A DNA stretch of 64,000 nucleotides from Planctomycetota bacterium (GTDB lineage Bacteria > Planctomycetota > SZUA-567 > H5-PLA8): the NCBI GenBank assembly GCA_045863855.1, contig BTVV01000006.1, positions 32,001 through 96,000 on the forward strand. The letters run 5' to 3'. Positions 29,128-37,808 of the stretch are shown here, one piece after another; position 1 is the stretch's first letter, and every line of letters starts with the position of its first letter. The notes beneath the pieces are model-generated. The model was not told the DNA's origin and did not search any database. It worked only from the letters and a program-made list of their open reading frames with translations. The position numbers and the translations under genes were made by a program.

Positions 29128-30963
29128 ATGAGCTTCGCGCACCCTTGGGCGCTTGTCTTGTTTCCCGCAGGCGTGGCGATCTTGCTGCTCCTACAGCTTT
29201 ACCGCGAACGCCGCCGCGAACTCTACGCGGGCAGCTTGCTGCTCTGGAAACGCGTAGCCGTTCAAGTCAGCGCTCCGCCGCGTACGCTGAACCTTCTCGA
29301 TCCTCCTTTTCTGCTCCAGGCCGCCGCACTGTTGGGTATCGCCTTTGCGCTGGCCGGTCCGGCGTGGCGTGGTCAGACGGCTCCAGGCCGGTTCGTGGCG
29401 ATCTTGTTGGATAACGGTCCCTCGGCGCGGGCTATGCTTCCTGGCGGCCGGCGCGGTTGGGAACTCGTGGAAGCTTCGGCGCACGAAGCGCTTGATGCGC
29501 TGCAATCCGATGATCGCGTGGCGCTGCTGGTGGCCGCGCCCGTACCGCGCCCGCTTACGCCGAGCGCCGGCGTCTCGCCGGACGAAGCGCGCTCCGTCCT
29601 CAAGCAGGTGCTGCCCGCGCTCACTGGTCCATCGGCGGGCGAAGCGGCTCGTGCGCTCTTGGATGCCGCACGCGCGCTGGGGCCAAACGATGCGCCTCCG
29701 GTGGCCTTGGCTTTTTCGATGCGCGAGGCTCCGGCGGATGCCGGCACAGCCGTGCATTGGACGACGCTCGGTCCAGGCGGGAGGCTCAATAACGCGGCGC
29801 TGGTGGCCCTGGGCAGCGAACAAGTCCCCCAGCCGGCGGCGGATGGGGGCGAGCGGGAAACCGAAGTGCTGGTCCAGGTGCGCAACTTTTCCGCCCATGC
29901 GGCAGTCGGCAAGGTTGCTTGGAGAACGCTCGACCCGCTAGGAGCGTTGCCCGGCTCGCGCGAGGTTCGGTTGCAGGCAAGCGGTCAAGCCGGCGATGCC
30001 GTAGGCGTGGCGTTTCGGGTGCCGGGCGAATCCCTTCCCTTTCTGGAAGTCCGTTGGAAGGACGAGGCCGGTCCCGACGCACTACCCGAAGACGACCGCC
30101 TGGTGCTGGCACCTCGCCCGCAGTCCGCGCCGCGGGTGCGCTTCCATGGCAACGCGCCAGCGGTGGAACTCCTTTTTCGAGCAGGCGCGCAAGCGGACCT
30201 GGCTGCACTCACCGATCCGAGCCCCGTCGACCTGGAGGTTTACGTCGATCAAGTGCCCGAGCAAGGCGCTCCCGACGGCGCACGAGCGCTTTTGCTGATC
30301 GCGCCGCCTGCGGCGTTCGCGTCCTTCGAGGTAGGCGGCGGAACGCTGAAGTATCCGAGCGTACGTGTGGGGGATGACGATCCGTTGACGCGTGGATTTG
30401 CGGCCGGTGGCGGTGGCTTGGCCTTGCCAGTCGCCGCCGCTCGCGAATTGGAAGCCGTCGCGAATTTGAAGATATTGCTACAGGATGCCACAGGCCGCCC
30501 TCTGGCGGCACGTTTCCGGTTGCCAGGGAACCGTCCCGGTTTCGTGCTCGCCTGGGCGCCGGGTGACGAACTGCAGAAGCAGAGCACGCATCAAGCGGCC
30601 GCGACGCTCTTGCTGCGCATGCTCCGCGAAGCGCACGGGAATCAAGAGCCGTACGCGGCGGCACGCGCGGCGGAGTTGGAACGCGCCGCTGCCGCGCCGC
30701 TTCCGTTGGAGGAGCCGGCCGGGTTAAGCCTCACGGCCGGATTCGGGGTGCTCGATATCGAAACCTCCGATCTCGCGCTGGGTGCGCCTCAAGCCGCCGC
30801 GCTCGACTGGGCAGCATTGCTTCCCGTCGCAACGCCGCGCGATTTGCCGCTATGGCCGTTGGGGGTGCTCCTCGCGCTATTGGCCTGGGTGGTGGAGTTA
30901 AGCTTGGGCCGGAGCCGCACGCGGGCAGGCGTGGCGATTGGGGCCGTGCCGGCAAATACCTAG
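29128..30963 (+). CDS. BatA/vWA-like membrane protein
   Basis: SFAHPWAL..SLLLW..LLQ..FALAGP BatA pattern; degenerate MIDAS ILLDNGPS; C-terminal TM. Confidence 0.7.
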   Translation: MSFAHPWALVLFPAGVAILLLLQLYRERRRELYAGSLLLWKRVAVQVSAPPRTLNLLDPPFLLQAAALLGIAFALAGPAWRGQTAPGRFVAILLDNGPSARAMLPGGRRGWELVEASAHEALDALQSDDRVALLVAAPVPRPLTPSAGVSPDEARSVLKQVLPALTGPSAGEAARALLDAARALGPNDAPPVALAFSMREAPADAGTAVHWTTLGPGGRLNNAALVALGSEQVPQPAADGGERETEVLVQVRNFSAHAAVGKVAWRTLDPLGALPGSREVRLQASGQAGDAVGVAFRVPGESLPFLEVRWKDEAGPDALPEDDRLVLAPRPQSAPRVRFHGNAPAVELLFRAGAQADLAALTDPSPVDLEVYVDQVPEQGAPDGARALLLIAPPAAFASFEVGGGTLKYPSVRVGDDDPLTRGFAAGGGGLALPVAAARELEAVANLKILLQDATGRPLAARFRLPGNRPGFVLAWAPGDELQKQSTHQAAATLLLRMLREAHGNQEPYAAARAAELERAAAAPLPLEEPAGLSLTAGFGVLDIETSDLALGAPQAAALDWAALLPVATPRDLPLWPLGVLLALLAWVVELSLGRSRTRAGVAIGAVPANT

Positions 30964-31063
30964 CACCATTCGGCGCACGTTCACGACGGTCTTCAAAATC
31001 GAGAATAGGGGCGCCCGCCGTATGGCGATTGCCACCGCGCCCCGCTCTCGGTATAGAAACGTC

Positions 31064-31540
31064 ATGCAACGCTCGATTCGGACGGTTCTTCCTTTGGCGC
31101 TTTTGGCGCTCGTGCTTGCCGGTTGCTTCGGCGGTGGCGAACGCACCGATACCGCTCGCGCGGCAGCCGTGTCCTTCAGCGGCTACGCCTGGGACGGGCA
31201 GGCCAGCGGCTATACCTTCAAGACGACGACCGATCAGGCCGCGCAGGCCGGCTTGTCGGCGCTGCGTAAGCACGGCTTTATGGTCGAGCCGTACGACGCC
31301 AAGCGTTCGGGCGGCGCTCCGAAGCTGCGTGGGAAGACCAAGGCCAACCTCGACGCCGAGATCAACCTCCAGCTCGTTTCGCCCAGCACCGTGGACTGCA
31401 AGGTGAAGATCGGCTCGCTCGGCGACCGTACGGCGTCCGAGACCGTTCTCGAAAGCATGCGCGTTCAGCTCGAACGCTCGGAGCGTTCCGCGCCGCCTCC
31501 CGCGCCGGCCGCGAAGCCCGCCGAGAAGAAAGCGCCATGA
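31064..31540 (+). CDS. Lipoprotein (DUF3568-like)
   Basis: Lipobox LVLAGC; KVKIGSLGDRTASE..L motif; ATGA overlap with the next gene. Confidence 0.6.
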   Translation: MQRSIRTVLPLALLALVLAGCFGGGERTDTARAAAVSFSGYAWDGQASGYTFKTTTDQAAQAGLSALRKHGFMVEPYDAKRSGGAPKLRGKTKANLDAEINLQLVSPSTVDCKVKIGSLGDRTASETVLESMRVQLERSERSAPPPAPAAKPAEKKAP

Positions 31541-32502
31541 GCCGCCCGGCGGGATTGCTGGAGCATGCCGGGCAAGCCGTGGGCTGGACACCGCTCGTCG
31601 AAATCCAACGCTTGGGCAAGGGACTTCCCGGCCGGGTCGCGGTGAAGCTGGAGTACTTCTCGCCCGGCGCGAGCATCAAGGATCGCCCGGCGCTCGCCAT
31701 CGTCGAAGCCGCCGAACGCGCCGGGGTGCTGCGCAAAGGCCAACGCATCGTCGAAAAGACGAGCGGAAACATGGGCGCGGGACTCGCCTGGGCCTGTGCG
31801 ATCAAAGGGTATCGTTTCACGGCGGTGCTGAGTGTCGGGAATACGCCCGAGCGCAGCCAGATGATCAAGGCCTTCGGCGCCGAAGTCGTTAAGGTTCGCC
31901 AGGCTCCCGGCGCCAAACCGGGGCAGGTCAGCAAAGAAGATTTGGATCTCGTCGAGGCCGAGACGCAAAAGCTGGTCAAGAAATACAAGGCGTTCCGGCC
32001 CGACCAGTTCAACAACCCCGGATCGGTCAGGGCGCACCGCTTCGGGACGGGTCCGGAAATCTGGGAACAGACCGCAGGGCGCGTCACGCATTTCTGTTCG
32101 TTCGCCGGTTCCAGCGGCACACTGATCGGGACCGCTCAAGCCTTAAAGGAGCGCCACGCCGGCGTGCGCGTGTTCGCCGTCGAACCCGCTCAAGCGCCGT
32201 TTCTGGCCGGAAAGCCCGTGCGGGACACGCGGCATGCGATTCAAGGCGGCGGCTATGCCGTCGAGCCGGGGATTTACGACCGCGGTGTGGTGGACGCTTA
32301 CCTTACGGTGACCGACGTAGAAGCCACGCGCACCGCCCGAGCGCTGGCCGCGAGCGAAGGGATCATGGGTGGGTTTTCAACCGGCGCCAACGTCGCCGCC
32401 GCGCTGCAATTGGCCCGAAAGGCACCGCGCGGGAGCCTGATCGTTACCGTCGCGTGCGACAGCGGCTTGAAGTATCTCTCGACGGATCTATACGAAGCCT
32501 GA
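31537..32502 (+). CDS. Cysteine synthase family PLP enzyme (CysK/CysM-like)
   Basis: VGWTPLV, KLEYFSPGASIKDR (PLP Lys), TSGNMG, QFNNP, TGPEIW, DSGLKYLST. Confidence 0.88.
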   Translation: MSRPAGLLEHAGQAVGWTPLVEIQRLGKGLPGRVAVKLEYFSPGASIKDRPALAIVEAAERAGVLRKGQRIVEKTSGNMGAGLAWACAIKGYRFTAVLSVGNTPERSQMIKAFGAEVVKVRQAPGAKPGQVSKEDLDLVEAETQKLVKKYKAFRPDQFNNPGSVRAHRFGTGPEIWEQTAGRVTHFCSFAGSSGTLIGTAQALKERHAGVRVFAVEPAQAPFLAGKPVRDTRHAIQGGGYAVEPGIYDRGVVDAYLTVTDVEATRTARALAASEGIMGGFSTGANVAAALQLARKAPRGSLIVTVACDSGLKYLSTDLYEA

Positions 32503-32862
32503 AATGGCGTCATCTCCCCGCGCTGCGGGATCGGCGAGAAAATTCGTGCCGGTTGATTTGCTTATCGAATGCGCTTGAGGTTAGTTGAGTTCCCATACAG
32601 GCCGAAGTACCGGCGCCCCACTTGGCCGCGCCAGACCTGAGGTTATGCGCCATGTTGTTCATCGCGATACACCGCTCCGGCAGTCCAGCCGTTACACGCG
32701 GCTGAGCTCCGTGATGGTTGCGCCGTCCGCGCAACACCATCTTCCAACCTGACCCGGGCATGCGCGCGTTTGCGCGAACGTGCCCATTCGCCCGACACGC
32801 GCCGCCCTTGCGGCTGCCGCGGATCGAATTCCATTGTCCAGCCTTTTCCTGGATCGTCGCAC

Positions 32863-33816
32863 ATGAAGCACGCGCAGATTGACGAGATTCTTCACACTCT
32901 GCCTCGGCCGCGGCAGGTGTACCACTATTTCAGGGATCGTTACGCGTTGGAACTGCTCGCATGGGCCTGCGGCGAAGGGCGCAAGATCGCGGACCTGAAA
33001 TGCGCGTCCGAGGCTCGATTCCTGCAGAAGCCGGCGGTCAAAGCGGTGCTTTCGCGGTGTGGGGGCGGAACGCTTTCGGCTCTCGACCTTCAATCCTGGT
33101 GGCCGCCGGATTACCAGACCTACATGCTTACGTTTGGCCGGCACGGACTCGAGCGCAAACGTAGCCGGCGCGAATGCGAACAGATATCGCGCCGAGGACA
33201 GAACCTGGTCCTGAAGCTGTGTCTGACCCGCGCGCATGACGCATTCTGCAAGAAGCTGCTGGGACCGGAGCGCATGGTACATTACTGGAGTCACTTTTCC
33301 GATGAAGGCGGCTTACCGGTTCTGGCCTGGACGCGCTTGGACGTGGAACTGGACGACGACGAGGTGCTGATCGAGGAACTGCAGAACGACTGGATCCGCG
33401 ATGTCGTACGCGAGCGCCGACACGAAGGGCCGATGACGCCCGAGGTATGGCGCACCGGCGGGAAGTATTCCTGGTGGTTCGGCCTCAATCGGCGTGAACT
33501 CGAACGCTATTACGCGGAGGTGATCGAGCCGCACCTCAAGATTTGGGATGAAGCCTTGTTGCTGGCGACGCTTCTATTCGTGCGCAACGAACTGGGCGTG
33601 CGGCGCGTGTATTATCACACGCCGTCCTCTAGCAATGTATTGAAGCGATTTTCACGGTATTGGCACCCGCCGCGCAGCCTATACACCGAACTGCCTCGCC
33701 GCTTCGGCTTTCGGGAAACGCTGGCACCGCCGAAGATGGTGGCGCGGGCGGCGGGACGGCGCTTCGACCGAGCTCGGCGGGAGGGCCGGGTGGGCTGGTT
33801 CTTCCGGGAACTGTAA
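32863..33816 (+). CDS. Hypothetical protein with EELQNDW motif
   Basis: 317-aa ORF from ATG 32863 followed by a terminator; motifs LAWTRLD..VLIEELQNDW, PPRSLYTELPRRF. Confidence 0.7.
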   Translation: MKHAQIDEILHTLPRPRQVYHYFRDRYALELLAWACGEGRKIADLKCASEARFLQKPAVKAVLSRCGGGTLSALDLQSWWPPDYQTYMLTFGRHGLERKRSRRECEQISRRGQNLVLKLCLTRAHDAFCKKLLGPERMVHYWSHFSDEGGLPVLAWTRLDVELDDDEVLIEELQNDWIRDVVRERRHEGPMTPEVWRTGGKYSWWFGLNRRELERYYAEVIEPHLKIWDEALLLATLLFVRNELGVRRVYYHTPSSSNVLKRFSRYWHPPRSLYTELPRRFGFRETLAPPKMVARAAGRRFDRARREGRVGWFFREL

Positions 33817-33866
33817 CCGCTGCCGCACTTGCGCGGCGCTTGACCCTCCGGCATCATTAATAAAGT

Positions 33867-33895
33867 GGGCCGGGAGGCGACTCCCGGCCCTTTTC
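33867..33895 (+). terminator. Intrinsic terminator just upstream of lysA
   Basis: GGGCCGGGAG-GCGA-CTCCCGGCCC-TTTTC: perfect 10-bp stem with GNRA loop. Confidence 0.75.
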
Positions 33896-33924
33896 ACGCC
33901 ACCCGCGAATCGAGGCCGCTTGCC

Positions 33925-35238
33925 ATGGACAGCTTTAAGTACAAGGATGGAACGCTTTACGCCGAGGACGTTCCCGCGCGCAAGATCGCCGAGGAAGTCG
34001 GCACGCCCGCGTATGTCTACTCCCGCGAGACGCTGCTCGACCATTACACCAAGATCGACAAGGCCTTCGCTGAAGTCCCGCACCTGATCTGCTATTCGGT
34101 CAAAGCCAACAGCAGCTTGGGCGTGCTCGCCATTCTCGAACACGCCGGCACGGGCTTCGACGTCGTCAGCGGCGGCGAACTGGCCCGCGTGCAGAAGATC
34201 GGCGCGGACATGAAGAAGGTCGTCTTCGCGGGCGTGGGCAAAGGCGATGCCGAACTCGTTCAGGCGCTGCGCGCCGGAATCCTTATGTTCAACGTCGAGT
34301 CCGAAGCCGAACTGGAGAACATCGACCGTCTCGCCGGGCAGCTCAAGGCCGAAGGTGACATGAAAGAGCCCGCTCGTGTGGCGCTGCGGGTGAACCCCGA
34401 CGTGGACCCCAAGACGCACGCGTATATCACCACGGGCAAAAAGGAGAATAAGTTCGGCGTCGACCTCGAACGCGCCAGCGGCATCATCGCCGCCGCCAAG
34501 AAGCATGCGCACGTCCGCGTCACCGGGATACACGCGCATATCGGCAGCCAGATCACCGATGTGACGCCATATCAGGAATCGCTGACGAAGGTGGTGAGTT
34601 TCATCAAGGCGCACCGCGGCAAGGACGTTCCGATCCAGTACCTCAACAGCGGCGGCGGCTTCGGCATTTATTACGCCGACCGCAAGGCGCAGCCGGCGGC
34701 GAAGTTTGCCGAAGTGATCGTGCCGATGGTGAAGGACAGCGGCTGTACCCTGGTGCTCGAACCCGGCCGCTTCATCTGCGGCAACGCCGGCATTCTGCTG
34801 ACACGCGTGACTTACGTGAAGGAGAGCGGCAACAAGCGTTTTCTGATCGTCGATGCGGGGATGAACGATCTTGCGCGCCCGACGCTGTACGGCGCGTTCC
34901 ACGAGATCTGGCCCGTCGAGGCCGCGGAACTGCCGCCTACGCGCGGAGGCAAGCCCGCCGAGGGTGAGGCGTACGCCGTCAGCGACGTGGTGGGGCCCAT
35001 CTGCGAGAGCGGCGACTTCCTGGCCAAGGACCGCGCGCTGCCCAAGGGCTTGGCGCGCGGCGATCTGCTGGCCGTATACAGCGCCGGAGCCTACGGCTTC
35101 GTCATGGCGGGCAACTACAACACGCGCCCCTTCGTGCCGGAAGTGATCGTGAAAGGCGGAGCCCATTACGTCGTCAACCGCCGCCAGACGGTCGAAGAAC
35201 TGCTCGCGCGCGAAAGCGTGCCGCAGGATCTGCTCTAA
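33925..35238 (+). CDS. lysA: Diaminopimelate decarboxylase
   Basis: GTPAYVYS, YSVKAN, DVVSGGEL, HAHIGSQI, GGGFG, EPGR, GPICESGD, GAYG..M..NYN. Confidence 0.96.
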   Translation: MDSFKYKDGTLYAEDVPARKIAEEVGTPAYVYSRETLLDHYTKIDKAFAEVPHLICYSVKANSSLGVLAILEHAGTGFDVVSGGELARVQKIGADMKKVVFAGVGKGDAELVQALRAGILMFNVESEAELENIDRLAGQLKAEGDMKEPARVALRVNPDVDPKTHAYITTGKKENKFGVDLERASGIIAAAKKHAHVRVTGIHAHIGSQITDVTPYQESLTKVVSFIKAHRGKDVPIQYLNSGGGFGIYYADRKAQPAAKFAEVIVPMVKDSGCTLVLEPGRFICGNAGILLTRVTYVKESGNKRFLIVDAGMNDLARPTLYGAFHEIWPVEAAELPPTRGGKPAEGEAYAVSDVVGPICESGDFLAKDRALPKGLARGDLLAVYSAGAYGFVMAGNYNTRPFVPEVIVKGGAHYVVNRRQTVEELLARESVPQDLL

Positions 35239-35247
35239 GCGCGGCTC

Positions 35248-36000
35248 GTGATCCAGTCCACGAATACCGCTTCGCGTCTCTGCGCTGCCGTCATCGTCGC
35301 GGCGGGTTCCAGTTCGCGCATGGGCGGGAAAGTCCGCAAACCGTATCTGAAGCTGCGCGGTAAACCGATCCTCGCCTGGACCGCCTTGGCGCTCGCGCGG
35401 GTGCCGGGGCTTGAGCAACTCGTGGTTGTCACGCGTCCTGAGGACCGCCGCCGCGCGCGGTCGGCCGTGAAACTCGCCAAGTTGCCCAAGCGCATCGAAG
35501 TGGTCTTTGCCGACGGCGGCGCGCGCCGCCAAGACAGTGTGCGCAACGGTTTGCGCGCGACGGCGCCGGGCGCCGAACTGGTCTTGATCCATGATGCCGC
35601 GCGACCATTCCCGCCGCCGGAGGCGATTCGCCAGGCACTCGACGCCGCGGCGCGTTTGGGCGCGGCGATCCTGGCCATGCCCGTGCGCGATACGCTGAAG
35701 AAGGAAACGGCGCGGCATTCGAACCCGGACGCGCCTCCGGTCTCGTCCGAGACCGTACCGCGCGCGGGACTCTGGCAGGCCCAGACTCCGCAGATTTTCC
35801 GGCGTGCACTCATCCTTGAACTGGCCGATCGGCTTCAGAAGCAGGCGCCTAACGTGGAAGTCACCGACGACGCCGCCGTATGCGAACGCTTCCGCCAGCC
35901 CGTCGCGCTGATCGAGTCCAGCAGCACCAACCTCAAGATCACGCGCCCCGAAGATGTCGCCATCGCCGAAGCGTTTTTGAAACTCGGGCTCGTTCGCTAA
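35248..36000 (+). CDS. ispD: 2-C-methyl-D-erythritol 4-phosphate cytidylyltransferase
   Basis: AAGSSSRMG..K, GGARRQDSV, IHDAARP, QTPQ, TDDA, NLKITRPED. Confidence 0.95.
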   Translation: MIQSTNTASRLCAAVIVAAGSSSRMGGKVRKPYLKLRGKPILAWTALALARVPGLEQLVVVTRPEDRRRARSAVKLAKLPKRIEVVFADGGARRQDSVRNGLRATAPGAELVLIHDAARPFPPPEAIRQALDAAARLGAAILAMPVRDTLKKETARHSNPDAPPVSSETVPRAGLWQAQTPQIFRRALILELADRLQKQAPNVEVTDDAAVCERFRQPVALIESSSTNLKITRPEDVAIAEAFLKLGLVR

Positions 36001-36075
36001 GTTGCCGCTTCCCGCCGGATCGTTTGCACCAAACGGAAGCCCGGCGCTCGCCGCGCACTCGATGACTCGCCGCAC

Positions 36076-36113
36076 AAAATAAAGCTCCCCATCCCGGGCC
36101 ACGGGATGGGGAG
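36076..36113 (-). terminator. Intrinsic terminator of the oxidoreductase operon
   Basis: 12-bp stem CTCCCCATCCCG/CGGGATGGGGAG followed on the minus strand by CTTTATTTT. Confidence 0.75.
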
Positions 36114-36147
36114 AGGTAAGGCGTGGTGCGGACGGGCTCGGTTTCGC

Positions 36148-37749
36148 TTAGCGCAAACCGGCCAGTTCCTGCAGCATGTGCCAGTTCTTCAGGCGGTCGG
36201 CCTGAGACGCGAGCAGCGTTTCGGAAGGATTGCCTTCCTTGTCGAAGTGCTTGGCAAAGCGGCCTTCGGTGCGCGCAAAGTAGGTGAAGTCGACGGGTTC
36301 CTTGGTCTTGGGATTCAGGTACCAGTCGTCCTTCATCGCCGGATTTCCGGCCAGCGAGAGGCGCTCCTTCATGCGCTCGCCCTTGCGCGGATCGTACATG
36401 ATCAGCGGGAAGGCGCGGGATTCGACGGCCAACTTGGCCTGATGGCCGGCCATGTTGTCCGCGACGCCGTGTTCGGGCTGGCAGGTCGTGTAGACGTTGA
36501 TCACCGCCGGGCCGTCGAACTCGTTGGCCGCCATCACCGCTTTGTAGAAGTGGTTGATGTGCGCGCAGGTGGTCTGAGCGACCAGGGTTTCGGGGTGCAT
36601 CATGCAGATGGTGGCAAGTTCCTTGCGGCGTTCGGTCTTGCCGCCCTGCGCCTTGCCGTGCGCCGACATCTTGGTTTCCTGGCCGGTGTAGGTGCTGGTC
36701 GACGCCTGGCCGCCGGTGTTGCTGTAGACCTGCGTGTCGAGCACCAGGACCTTGATGTCCATGCCGCTGGCGAGCATGCGGGAGAGCGACTGGAAGCCGA
36801 TGTCGTTCATCGCACCGTCGCCGCCGATGACCCAGAGGCGCTTGTTCTTCCAGCCCTTTTGGTTCCAGCGCGCGCGGACGCCCATGGCGTCGGCGGGGCC
36901 GTTCTCGAAGAGGCTGTTGGTCCACGGCACCAAGTAGGGGTTATACGGATAGGTGCTCGTGTACACCGTGTTGCAACCCGTGGAAGCGACGAGGCCGATG
37001 TTCTCCTTGCCGGCCTGGAATGCGGTGGCAGCCAGCATCATGCGCAACGCCGTTGCTTCGCCGCAGCCGGCGCAGGAACCGGCGCCGCCGACGTACAGTA
37101 GCGCTTTCTCGACGAGCATCAGGTCGCTGACGATGCGCTCGTTGACGTACTCCATCGGCGTATCCGGTAGCTTCTTGTAGACCTGCCAGTCCTTGCGGTA
37201 GGTCTCGAGGTTTTCGTCGGTCTTCTTGACCATCTTCAGCGCCGCGTGGCTGCCGCAGACTTCAACGCATTCGGCGCAGCCCTTGCACTTTGTCGGGTCG
37301 ATGAAGATGCCGAAGAGCCCCGGCTCTTTCTTTTGCTTTTCGTACGTGACGTGGAACTTCTGCGTCTTGGTGAACTGCTTGGCCACGTGCGCGCGGTAAT
37401 CGGGATCGGCGATCCCGTTCAATTCGGCCTCGAGCGCCGGGTTTTTGACCACCTTGCCGAGGATGGCCGTGTCCGGGCACTCGACGACGCATTCCATGCA
37501 AGCCACGCAGTTTTCCGGGATGAATTCCGGAATCTCGGGGGCGATGTAGGAGAAGTCGCGCATCACGCCGGTGCCGGCGGGAATCAAGCTGCGCGAGAGA
37601 TCGCGATCGGCTTCGAGTTCCAACTCGGCAACGCCGCGCTCGTACGCGGTAATGACGCGCTCGTTAAAGTCGGCTACATCGAGCACGGACTCATCAAGGT
37701 GATGCGGGGCTTCCTTGACGGCCTGAATGGGTTTCGCGGAGTCGATCAT
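36148..37749 (-). CDS. Pyruvate:ferredoxin oxidoreductase C-terminal part (2x[4Fe-4S] plus TPP-binding domain)
   Basis: CVACMECVVECP, CKGCAECVEVC, GSCAGCGE, TGC, NSLFEN, GGDG..DIG, DTQVYSNTGGQ. Confidence 0.92.
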   Translation of the reverse strand: MIDSAKPIQAVKEAPHHLDESVLDVADFNERVITAYERGVAELELEADRDLSRSLIPAGTGVMRDFSYIAPEIPEFIPENCVACMECVVECPDTAILGKVVKNPALEAELNGIADPDYRAHVAKQFTKTQKFHVTYEKQKKEPGLFGIFIDPTKCKGCAECVEVCGSHAALKMVKKTDENLETYRKDWQVYKKLPDTPMEYVNERIVSDLMLVEKALLYVGGAGSCAGCGEATALRMMLAATAFQAGKENIGLVASTGCNTVYTSTYPYNPYLVPWTNSLFENGPADAMGVRARWNQKGWKNKRLWVIGGDGAMNDIGFQSLSRMLASGMDIKVLVLDTQVYSNTGGQASTSTYTGQETKMSAHGKAQGGKTERRKELATICMMHPETLVAQTTCAHINHFYKAVMAANEFDGPAVINVYTTCQPEHGVADNMAGHQAKLAVESRAFPLIMYDPRKGERMKERLSLAGNPAMKDDWYLNPKTKEPVDFTYFARTEGRFAKHFDKEGNPSETLLASQADRLKNWHMLQELAGLR

Positions 37750-37808
37750 GGGTGCATCCTTTTCCTATGGCCTAGTGTGACGATTCGATCGCGTAAGCCG
37801 TTCTACGC

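Noticed and set aside
33817..33924. Lysine riboswitch upstream of lysA
   Set aside because: Only about 50 nt precede the hairpin, far too short for the aptamer, and no conserved core was seen
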